Below, one piece after another: positions 47,217 to 57,208 of a DNA stretch of 64,000 nt. This stretch comes from Carpediemonas membranifera BICM. Lineage: Eukaryota > Protista > Fornicata. The notes below the pieces were generated by a model. The model searched no databases. It was not told where the DNA came from and saw only the letters and a list, made by a program, of their open reading frames with translations. Made by a program: the position numbers and the translations under genes. Positions within the stretch are counted from its first letter, which is position 1. Every line of letters begins with the position of its first letter. The stretch is taken from positions 264,735 to 328,734 of the forward strand of contig JAHDYR010000038.1 of NCBI GenBank assembly GCA_019828565.1, read 5' to 3'.

Positions 47217-49781
47217 TTAAGCATCACTCAATGAATTGTACGTGGCCGGCTCTTCCTTATGCGTGGTGATGTGCTCTCTGAGATGGATTGTCGCTGGGTT
47301 TCTTCCAAGTCCGTTGAAAACACCACCAGCCAAGCAAGGCCATATCGTGAAAGACATCAAGGCCGATATTCGGATCGATAAATACATGGCCCACCCAAAC
47401 AGAAGGGCTGGAATGTTCCTCGGAATCAGGCGTCTTCTCGCTGGGGGGCTGAAGGAATCGGCGGAGGTTCCAAAACCGTCCATGTGAACGTGATAATGGC
47501 TCTGCTGAACCTCATCGTAGTATCTCGCTATGTCCCTCGCATTCTCATACTGCTCTTCGAAAGCCTTTCGACCCGGGTAAGACAGCTCAACATCAGGCTG
47601 TATGGCGACGTGTACAAAGCTCCTGCTGCCGTAGTCGTCCAGGTTCACATCCTCCACAGTCTGGGAGACTCGGTCATACCAGAAGTTAGATTTGGAATCA
47701 TATGTCTTCTCCCACGTGACGTGGTGCGTGGTGTAGTTACTCGTGCTGCGCTCGACCCTGCCGCTGCCATACGTTGTTTCTGTTGTCTTGGTATGCAGAA
47801 TATCGTACTCACGTTTCTTAAACTGCTTGATGTGGAACCAAATACTGGGAATGTGATCTTTCAGCTTGAGTTGGGCGATCTCTGCGTCAGCCTGCTCTTT
47901 GGTCATGATCATTGGCATCGTAGTGTTTGCCTGGATCGCGGTAACAGCATGGCGTAGACAGGGCATGCAACAACAGCAGCAGAAGAACGTGGGGCATCCT
48001 ACCAAAACAAGGGCAAAGTGCGTCATGAACGACACGGCCAAGCCTGCACATTCTTCTCGGAAGTTACCGGCAATGACGATGTCGTCAATGAAGTTGTCAA
48101 TCCAAACGCAAAGGAAGGAGTACGCGAGGAGAAGAATTGTCAGCGGAATCATGAGGCGATATGCTGTCTCGAACACAGTTACCAAGTAGAAACCAGTCTT
48201 CTCACCCACAAAAAAGTGGCTGATGAGCCAATCTTCGACAATCCAATCGAACTTACTGAGCAGTCTCGTATCACATTTGATCACCTGTATGATGACGAAC
48301 ACGGGCAGGGCGAGGAGGCAGACGCAGTCGATGGGGAAGAACACAGCGATCCAGAGACCGATCCACCACTCTGTGCCGAAGAATGCGTATATTGTCATGA
48401 GCGAGAGGGGGACGCCGACAACGATAGTGTACACCACGGCAAGCGCTATCACAACTATCGATTGAAGAAGATCTCCATATTCAAAGGAAGGATATAGGAA
48501 GTTATACAGCGCCCCCGTTAATATGAGATACGCCAACAGCGAGAGCATGATCACGGTGAAGAAAGCTTGCAGCCACATGAAGAGGACATCATAGAAGAAT
48601 CTCCGGACAAGGTCATTGGTCGGGATCCACGCGACGCAGAGCATGATCAGCAAGATGGTCAGCGTCGACACAGCAATGACCAGGCACAATCTGATGGCCC
48701 CAGGCTTTCCAGCGCACATTCCTCTCCAGCAGCAACATGTGACGATGAATACAAGTGCGGCCAACACAACTGCGGAAAAGTCAATGAAAAATGTATCCCC
48801 TCCTATCGTCAATAATGTCACACTGGCATCAGATGCGAGCAAGAGCACCTCGTCAGTGAAGAACGCCGCATAGGAATACGGATTGTCGATTAGGTCAGTC
48901 GCATCTGTGAGCTTAAACTGGCCGCCATAGAGAACATATACATCGAAGGAGACTGATGTAACCACAGCCATGAACGTGCCGTCCTCCGAAAAGGCCACCG
49001 ACTGTGTCGGGTAGCTCGGGTTGATAATGTCGTCAGAGTCAAAAACCGCAGTGCTATACGAATCTTCGCCAAACTGCTTGGTTATAACAGTTAAGTATGG
49101 CGCAGTAGAGCTGCCTACCGCGATTCTGTGCTCATCTGGACTGACTGCAATCGACGTCGGAGTGGCGGAGCTGAAGTGGCCGGCGTCATGGTGAATCAGC
49201 TTGAGGTGACTCCCATCAAAGTGGTAGAGCGCAAATCGGGAGGCACTGCCAACTGAAACCAGACCGTGCACTCCGAATGCAACGCATAACGGTGTGCTTT
49301 CGAGATCGAGTGATGCGACAACAGTGACCGACGCCTGCTCCAATGACAAACCCAAAATCTTCAGTGTATTGCTTGACGTGACTGCTGCAAACGGCTGGTC
49401 GGGAGCCATGGCACCATGCGAGGCAGTGATAGTGGCCAAATTTGTGAAGCTGGCCTGGGAACCGTCATCAAACAACAGCATCGAAAAGAAATTGAAACTC
49501 CTACCATCGAATGAAGCTGCATACATAGTGCTGGCGTCGTAGTCCATGTACAGCAGCGCGCCTTGGGGAGGTCCTTGGGTGCTAAAAGAACTCACGTGCT
49601 GTACGTCGACGCAATCACCATTATTCACGTACTGAAAGAGCTCTAAAGAATTTTCTGATTGATCTGATGCTAAAGTGAGTGCATGGCTTCCACTCGCTGC
49701 CAGAGGAACGTTTCCGACGTCCGAATTTTCGCAAATGGAGCTGGATTCCATGACATTCCAAATTACTGATGGAGACGACAA
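47217..49781 (-). CDS. Membrane protein: N-terminal beta-propeller, ~7-8 TM helices, C-terminal TMEM151-like region; 5' end uncertain
   Basis: SIAVSPDEHRIAVG and SVAFSEDGTFMAV blades; long hydrophobic block; PSIWFHIKQF...THHVTWEKTY...FWYDRVSQ region. The ORF begins at TTG; a signal-peptide-like MKTLIFALLISVHLA lies one frame off at ~49852. Confidence 0.65.
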   Translation of the reverse strand: MSSPSVIWNVMESSSICENSDVGNVPLAASGSHALTLASDQSENSLELFQYVNNGDCVDVQHVSSFSTQGPPQGALLYMDYDASTMYAASFDGRSFNFFSMLLFDDGSQASFTNLATITASHGAMAPDQPFAAVTSSNTLKILGLSLEQASVTVVASLDLESTPLCVAFGVHGLVSVGSASRFALYHFDGSHLKLIHHDAGHFSSATPTSIAVSPDEHRIAVGSSTAPYLTVITKQFGEDSYSTAVFDSDDIINPSYPTQSVAFSEDGTFMAVVTSVSFDVYVLYGGQFKLTDATDLIDNPYSYAAFFTDEVLLLASDASVTLLTIGGDTFFIDFSAVVLAALVFIVTCCCWRGMCAGKPGAIRLCLVIAVSTLTILLIMLCVAWIPTNDLVRRFFYDVLFMWLQAFFTVIMLSLLAYLILTGALYNFLYPSFEYGDLLQSIVVIALAVVYTIVVGVPLSLMTIYAFFGTEWWIGLWIAVFFPIDCVCLLALPVFVIIQVIKCDTRLLSKFDWIVEDWLISHFFVGEKTGFYLVTVFETAYRLMIPLTILLLAYSFLCVWIDNFIDDIVIAGNFREECAGLAVSFMTHFALVLVGCPTFFCCCCCMPCLRHAVTAIQANTTMPMIMTKEQADAEIAQLKLKDHIPSIWFHIKQFKKREYDILHTKTTETTYGSGRVERSTSNYTTHHVTWEKTYDSKSNFWYDRVSQTVEDVNLDDYGSRSFVHVAIQPDVELSYPGRKAFEEQYENARDIARYYDEVQQSHYHVHMDGFGTSADSFSPPARRRLIPRNIPALLFGWAMYLSIRISALMSFTIWPCLAGGVFNGLGRNPATIHLREHITTHKEEPATYNSLSDA

Positions 49782-50124
49782 GTTCTCAATGCTATAGACA
49801 ATGTTGGAGCCAAATGAACACTGATAAGCAAAGCAAAGATCAGCGTCTTCATTCTCTTGCGGGACGTGCAGATTATCAGTCGTCAGAGTGACTGGTCTCG
49901 CGGAGTCAACACTCAGCGAACATCAGGGCGTTTCTTCTTTTTCGGGCGATCGAGTCTGGCTGCAAGGCAATTGAGCCTTCGCCCGCCATCTCGTCCCAAC
50001 CGGAGCATCCAACCAGCAATAAACTGCCCCGATGACCCTGGTGGATCCGGCCCAGTCGTGCGTAAAAAATCTCATGCCGGTGTGATCTTTACAACAACAA
50101 CAACAATATGGTACATGTTGGCAC

Positions 50125-50979
50125 TCACCGCCTTCCTCTACCACCGTGTCTCCGCCTGCCCTTCTTCTCGACCCGGGGGGCATTCTCCCAGACTTCAAAC
50201 GGCTCGCCCGGTTTCAGGACAACGTCGCGATTAAAGCTAATGGCCCATGACCGGTTGACTTCGGCCATGATCTCTGCGATTGCCATGGTGGACGTGAACT
50301 GGGCGTATCGCTCCGAGCCTTGAGTAACAACGGCCCGGAGATGGGCGCGGATCTTGGCGTCTTCAATGGCACTTCCGACGTCGCTGGCGAATATACTGTT
50401 GTCTGTATGCCCCTTCTTCACGTGAAGGCACATGCTCGGAGCCGGGGCAAAGGGCTCGGGGGCAGTGGCCGGCTTGGAGTCATGCTTTGTATCGGGTTTG
50501 GAGTCCGGCTTGCGGTCAGGCTTGGTCTGCTTCTGGCCCTCGTTCTCTTTGCGCCCTTGTTCCTTCGTCTCCTTCTGCTGCTTCGGCTTGGAGATTCTCG
50601 GCTTCTTCTCGCGTTTCTTCCCCTTCTTCTGCTCCGTCACCTCGGCAAACTGCTGCTTGGCAATGGCCATGGTGTCTTCTATGTCGGACCTGAGGCTTGT
50701 ACCGTCGTACAGGCTGATCGCATCCTCATGGGCATCCGAGACATCCGCCCAGTCCACCTCTCCGCTCTGGGGAAGGGAGCTAGGAGCAGTTTCTACGGTA
50801 AGATAGCCCTGTACTTGCTCCATTGCCGTGATCATCTCGTAAAGAGACTCGTTCACGAAATTCAAGTGCTCGTTCGCTGTCTGATTCGTTTCCATGGTAA
50901 TTAGAAGGTCAGTCACTTCTGATGACACATCCTTTAGCTTGTTGTAGATCAACCGTGCCCGCTCGAGGTCAATATTCAT
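50125..50979 (-). CDS. Hypothetical protein (N-terminal coiled coil, Lys-rich linker, basic RGG-like tail)
   Basis: Open frame from ATG 50979 (MNIDLERARL); KPD repeats; ends KKGRRRHGGRGRR. Confidence 0.65.
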   Translation of the reverse strand: MNIDLERARLIYNKLKDVSSEVTDLLITMETNQTANEHLNFVNESLYEMITAMEQVQGYLTVETAPSSLPQSGEVDWADVSDAHEDAISLYDGTSLRSDIEDTMAIAKQQFAEVTEQKKGKKREKKPRISKPKQQKETKEQGRKENEGQKQTKPDRKPDSKPDTKHDSKPATAPEPFAPAPSMCLHVKKGHTDNSIFASDVGSAIEDAKIRAHLRAVVTQGSERYAQFTSTMAIAEIMAEVNRSWAISFNRDVVLKPGEPFEVWENAPRVEKKGRRRHGGRGRR

Positions 50980-51079
50980 ACTTATAGTCCCAAGCGAGAT
51001 TTTGTCCGAGCGAAACCTGCACCTGTGCCAAAAGATGCTGGAAAAGGCTTTATTGCGACAAGGATGGGTCATCCTACAC

Positions 51080-51667
51080 TTAAACCACAAACTCGGCCTC
51101 AGGCTCCGCGCTCTGCTCGAGATAGACGGGCTTCTGACCCGCAGCTGCCATGGGCTCGGCCCGGATCTCATCCTCAAGCATGTTGAGCTCGAGCTCCAAG
51201 CCGGCGTCAGTCATGCCATCAGGGACCATGAAATCCTGGGACATTACGTCAGTAATCTCGTTGATGTCGTACATGAGCTCGGTCATATCTTCCTGGAGGG
51301 CGGCGACCTTATCAGGGTCAATGGCCATCTTGGACATGGACTTGTGGAGGTCCTTCATCGCCTTGTAGGTCTCCTTCGTCGTCTCCGCCATGGATACGGC
51401 TGTTTGGACGCTCGTGATATTCATCGCCTGACGATCAACCATGGCAAGCTGGTTTTCGAACTGCTTGCGTTGTTGGATCAATTTGGTGATCTGTAGCCTT
51501 GCGCTCTCACGCGAACGGCTTCCAGGGGCCAGCTGAGGCTTGAGTTTAGCAATTTGATCGTTCACGCCGTCGATTCTGGCGCGAATAGAGGTACTTTGAG
51601 AGTCCAAAGAAGTTGCTAGAGTATTGATACGTCCGCTGTTCACGGCACTCTTCTTGACGAGCGGCAT
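51080..51667 (-). CDS. CHMP5: ESCRT-III Snf7-family protein, most like CHMP5/Vps60
   Basis: SLDSQSTSIRARIDGVNDQIAK...LIQQRKQFENQL...QAMNI...IDPDKVAALQEDMTELM...EITDVMSQ...DAGLELELNML; ATG at 51667. Confidence 0.8.
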   Translation of the reverse strand: MPLVKKSAVNSGRINTLATSLDSQSTSIRARIDGVNDQIAKLKPQLAPGSRSRESARLQITKLIQQRKQFENQLAMVDRQAMNITSVQTAVSMAETTKETYKAMKDLHKSMSKMAIDPDKVAALQEDMTELMYDINEITDVMSQDFMVPDGMTDAGLELELNMLEDEIRAEPMAAAGQKPVYLEQSAEPEAEFVV

Positions 51668-52761
51668 TTGCTTTTTTGTTATTCGTGTCTGGGTCTGGAT
51701 GCACGTGTCACCCGACCCAAGCCATGGAGGGGGAGAAAGAAGGGATGGAGCGGCGATGGCGTGTGGAAATGCAAGTTGTCGGCAGAAAAGACGAGGATCT
51801 TTCAATGGTGAGTCTGTCAGATCTCACTTGCTTGCGAAATTTCCTCATTCCCTGATTGATGAAGGTGAAGCGCGACCACAGTTGAGGCGTACCTCACCGA
51901 CTGCAGGAACTGTAGTGGACTATCTGTCTCCGCCAGATTTGTTTGACGCTTCACCTGGTAAGGCCTTGTCATCTCAAGGCTCGGGCGCTTGCATCGACGC
52001 GACACGAAGTCAAGCTCAGTGACAATAACCGTGAGACGATGACCGACCAGCACTGACCGCAATCTGCATCCCGGTGGCCGGAGCTTCCTTATCGAGTGGT
52101 GAAACCGGCTCTGACCCATCAGGGCCAGCGTCGAACAATACTCTCGATTCATACCAGGCGTCGCACGGTCAGTCAGTCTCACATCCGAGCCTGCTATGCC
52201 CGAGCAACGCTCAATTCTCACGTCGTCAGTGATTCTCCGCCACAAATACCTGGGATTGCATTTCTGACAATGGATGCGCAGAAACCATCGAACGAGCTCT
52301 GAGAATGAGTTTATCACATCCAGTGGCCACGAATACCAGCCTACAGGATGACACACCTAAATGCCTTGTACATTCCCGTTCTCACCAGTCGTTGCTAACG
52401 AATTGTCGTTTCCATACTCAGGGGTATGGGGGTAGAAGTTTCCTCCCGTTTCTGAGTTGCCCATTGTGCTTTCTCGTTTTGTTGTCTGAAAAAGCGTGTC
52501 TTACAGTGCGGTGGCCATGGCGGAGCCACTGCCGTTGGGGTAGAGGTAGGTCTGCCGTTGAGGCGTTGATTGTAAACATCCGTGTTGCTGGGCTTGGAAC
52601 TTCACAAATGAAGAGTCACTCAAAACTGGATTTGGTTGAACGACCAAGCCCAACCCACCCAGTCAATGTGCACGTGAGTGTCTGACAATCACTCAATCTG
52701 TTTGCTTTATTAGAACCCAGAGTCGATTGGGACACTAACGCAAGCCTCGCTTAGGTCACGA

Positions 52762-55700
52762 TTAATATGCCCCGTTCAGCGTGCGCAGGCCCGGGGCGCT
52801 GGGCGCGTTCATGCGGTATGTCGCGGTGACCGTGCCCATCGCGGCGAGCGCGGCTGCTCTCTCGTCTTCGGACAGCGTCATCCAGGGCGCGCTGGCGTTA
52901 CCAAACGTCTGCCCGACGGTGCCGATGATCGCGGGTTGGCCTTCGCCAAGCGTCATCATGCCGGGCGCGCTGGCGTTCGCGAACGTGCCGACCTCGTGGT
53001 TGTTCACGGCGCTCTCCGGGAGCATCTCGGTCGAGACGCTGTCGGGGAGCGCGGTGACGACCTCCGCGAAGGTGGGCCGGTCGCGCGGGTCGGGCGCCAC
53101 ACATCGGTTGATCAGCTCGCCCACGGCGGCCGGCGTGCCCGCGGGAATCATCGGCCGGTAGCCAGCCCGCACGTGCGCGCGGATTGCGTCGAGCCCGAGG
53201 TGCTCCTGGCGATACGGGATGTCGCGCGCGGCGATCTCCCAGAGCGTGATGCCGAAGGCGTAGACGTCGGCCTTCTCGCCGCCCACGCCGTCGAAGCGCT
53301 CGGGCGCCATCCACGGCCACGAGCCCTCGACGAAATTCACATGATCTTCAAGTCGCGCGGTCAGCCCGAAGTCGCTAAGGTTTGCTGTGGAGCCAGTGAT
53401 GAGGACGTTGAGCGACTTGAGGTCCCTGTGCTCGTAGCCCTCGCCAATCATAAACGCCATGGCCGTGGCGATGTCGCGCGCGAACTGCAGCCGCGCGTCC
53501 CAGGGCAGGTCGGTCTTCGAGAGCAGCAGCGCCGAGAGCGACCCCGACGCGAAGCTCGATCGCGAGCCGGATCTCCGTATAATCCTGCTCGAGCGCGTAG
53601 AGCCCGATGACGTTGTTATGGCGCAGCTGCTTGTGGATGAAGATCTCGCTCTGGAGTCGGTCGGCCTGCATCGCGTTCAGGTCGGCCCGCGCGACGACCT
53701 TGACAGCGCATTCGCTGCCGCCGTACGTGCCGCGGAATACGGCCGCCATGCCGCCCTCGCCGATGCGGTCGGCCTGGCTGAACACAATGCTGCCCGCCGG
53801 CTTTGTGATGTCCGCGTTGAGGTCATAGTTCACGCGCGCGGGCTCCGCTTTGCTCTGCAGCAAGAACTGCAGATTGCTGTTCTTCTTCACGCGTTGGGCA
53901 GCTGTCTTGCCCTTGTACGTCGCGGCCCGGTCGGCGCCGTGCTTCAGCAGCAGGCTGACGATGTCGAAGTTGCCCGCCTTGACGGCGGCGAAGAGCGGAG
54001 GCATCTTGCCCTCCACACCGTTCGCGGGCACGCCCGCCGTGAGCAGCTGCCTAACAGCAACGGTGTTGCCCTGCGTGATGGATTCGTCGAGCTGCTTCGT
54101 CATGACGCTGTCGATGGCGGCCCGGATCACGCCAGCCATGAGCGAGTCTGTCACGCGCTTGGCGGCCTGCAGCGCGTTGATGCCGAACGGCGGGAGGAGG
54201 GGGTCGACGCCGCGGGCGAGAAGCTTAGTCGCGGAGTCCCAGTGGCCGCCCTGGATGGCGACCACGAGCGCAGTCGTGTTCCGGCTGACGGTGTCGAGAT
54301 CAACCTTCGTATCAAGCATCGCGGCCAGCATCGGCGGCTTGGCGACGGCGGCCAGCAGCGGGTGGCCGTCCGGAAAGGCGTCGTCGAGCAGACAGCCGGC
54401 CTTGAGCAGCGTCGCGAAGGCTTGCGGCTGGTCGTGCACGAACGCGCTGTACAAGGGCGACCGGCCCTCCCGGTCGAGGCAGCTGAGGACGACTGGGCCG
54501 ACCAGTTTGTCTCTGAGCAGCTTCTTCGAGCGCATCTTTCCGACGTCGCCGCTGATGATGTGCGCGTGGAGCTCGTCGCTCCTCTCCAGCGCCTCCTTGA
54601 CGCGGCCCTTGAGCGCAGGCATCAGGTCTTCGTCGAGTACCTGAACAGGCTGGAGGCGGGCGAGGTCGGTCCTCAGTGCGAGCACTTGTGCCTCGTTCTG
54701 CTCCGCATGCGGGTCGGCGGCCGTCCGTAGGGACTCGGCTTTGGTCAGCAGGCTCTTGGCGTCGTTCAGATCGGCAGCCAAGTACAGCGCTTCATCGGCC
54801 GCCATGATGAAACGTGTGGCGTCCAACAGTGTCTGTAACATGGGGAGGCGGTTGACTGCATCATAAAGGGCAAACAAATCCATCGAGCCAGGCGTCCGCC
54901 AGGTCAATCTGAACTGTGTTGGACCGAGAGAGACGGCGCTGTCGGGGTGGGCCAGCCTCATCTCGAAGGAGCGGGGCAGGCCCGTGGCGAGGATGTGAAT
55001 GAAGACCCGCGCCAGGTCGGCGAGGTAGAGGGGCGAGTCGTCGGACGGCAGGCTGATGTCAACATCGAGCGTGGGTTGGGCGCAGACCTCCTCGATCTCC
55101 GGCGAGTGCTTGATATGCCACACCTTGGCGGTCTTATCACCTGATCCAGAGAGCAGGGTCGACCCGTCCGGGGAGAATGCGACGTTGTTCACCATCTCGG
55201 TATGACCATCCTTGCCGTGACTCCGGATAGTCTTGAAGCACTCGCCGCTGCCGATTCTCCAGAGCTTGATGGTGTTTGACCCGGAGGCGATGGTCCTGCT
55301 GTCGGCCGAGAAGGCGACGCTGGTGACTCTATCTGTGTGACCCCTGAGGACGGCGACGCACTCCCAGGTCCTGGTGTCCCAGAGTCTGATGGTCTTGTCC
55401 CATGACCCAGAGGCCATCAGAGCGCCGTCCGGGGATATGGCGACGGTGGTGACTGAAAAACTGTGTTCCTTCAGAGTCTGCTCGAGTCTGCCCGACTCAG
55501 CGTTCCACACCTTGATCGTCTTGTCATCTAGTCCAGAGACGACGGTCTTGCCGTCGGGGGAGATGGCGACGGAGAGCACCATAGCTGACTGCCCTTTCAT
55601 CGTCCTGCACTTGCCCGTGGCGGCCCTCCAAACCCTGACTGTCTTGTCCAAGGATCCGGACACCAGCGTCTTACCGTCTGAGGAGAAGGCGATGCTGGTC

Positions 55701-56434
55701 ACATTATTGGTGTGCCCCTCGAGCGTCTTGACGAGTCTGCCGCGCTCGTTCCACAGCTTGATCTTACGGTCAGTCCCGCCCGAGGCGATGGTCGACCCGC
55801 TCGGGGATACGGCGATGCACCGAATAAAGGCATGCTCCATCGTCATAGTGCACACGCCGTGCTTGTCCCACAGCTTGATGGTCCCCTGCATCCCGTCAGA
55901 CCCGGTGACCATGGTGCCGTCAGGGAGGAAGGCGACGCTAAGCACACTATCGGGATGGTCCGCTCTCATCGTCTGGATATAGTTAGTAACCATCGCATTC
56001 CAGGAAACAAGCAGGGCGTCGACATCGCGGACGGGTTCGTTGACCCGTAGCCCACCGTCGTAGTCCCTTGTGACAGTGAGGCCGGGCTCAGTCAGTTCCA
56101 TACGGAAGCCACAGGGGCGCACGTCCAATGCTAAGAGGTGATCGAGGACGCGGGCGAGGTCTGTAGCGGTGAGGGGCGAGGATCCGATGGGTTTGAGGAG
56201 GAGCTTGTCCTCTGCGGCGAAGACGCGCGTCGTGGCGTCTCTTATCATGTCATCTACTGCTCTACACTCGCTGCTGCGTGAGATTCTGGGGGATGACGCA
56301 CCATTGCTGCGATCCACTGTGTTAGTGCTCTTAAACTCGCCGCGGGCTGCATCTCGGCGCCGAAGAATTGGGGAACGTACCAGCTGTGTAAATGGGTGAC
56401 GTGGAACGTACTTTCTGCATCGTCGCTGCTTCAT
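52762..56434 (-). CDS. WD40 (7 blades)-ankyrin repeat-protein kinase (TKL-like) fusion; 1-nt frameshift near 53552-53556
   Basis: GH...VTSIAFSSDGKTLVSGSLDKTVRVW repeats; ankyrins (TALVVAIQGGH, PPLFAAVKAGNFDIVSLLLKHGAD); kinase IGEGGMAAV, AVK, then after the shift ASGSLSALL...HRDLKSLNVL, DFG, WMAPE, DVYAFGITLWE. Start may be 56248. Confidence 0.85.
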
Positions 56435-57208
56435 CCCGATGGACTACTTCGGAGCGTCTTCGCCTGTGACTTGAAACCAGTTCAAAGTGAAGTGGAGTTC
56501 AGCACTAATATGTCCCGATCGACGGCAACTGCTGGGTACCAACGCTCCAAGGGGGTGGCTGGCCTGCCCTTCTAACCGCCGCCTCGCTTGTGGGACTCAC
56601 GGACACCGGCCCAAGGCTGTCATGCAGGTGACTGTCACAGTACGATACCCTGCCTCAGCTTAGCATTGCCATCGCATGGCGTGTGCAAGTTGTCCACCAC
56701 AATCTGGGATACTACATGGAACACATTTTAGTTCAGTGGTAGGTTGGAGAAACCTTTGGGGTGCAACGAGGTAGACCCATCGCCATACCCCCGCGCACCA
56801 ACCTGCCACTAATAAGTATCCCCTCTGAACCCCAGTCGGCTCAAGATCGACCTTTAGACACGCGCTGTGAAGGATCGGCTGGCTCTCCGAAAGATGGTGC
56901 TGGCCCAGAGTGGGCGAGACGTTGTTGCCATTGTTGTGCGCGCAACAGGTCGATGAACTTGCGTTTCTTTACCAAGGTGGAGGATTTGACTGAAGTATCA
57001 TAGAGTGCACAGTGCAAGCAGTAAAGTAGGACTCTCAATCGTCTATAGCAGACTTCATTGACTGTGATTTACGTGTTACGTGTGTAGAGAGGTCGGTTTA
57101 GACCATATTAGCTGATAGATTAGCAGATAGGGTGAAACCTGTAAAGCATTCCGAGCCACGGTTCCGAACTTCATTGACAAATTTTTTTTGCCGCCATAGC
57201 CGCCGATC

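Noticed and set aside
51820-52700. Possible RCC1-like pseudogene traces on the minus strand (NGQLRNG, LRSVLVGHRLTVIVT)
   Set aside because: Motifs are short and scattered across frames with many stops; cannot be supported without a search.
56440-57208. Left end or TIR of the Fanzor element (short repeats TTAGC(T/A)GATAG, ACTTCATTGAC)
   Set aside because: No matching inverted copy found downstream; ends cannot be defined from a single copy.
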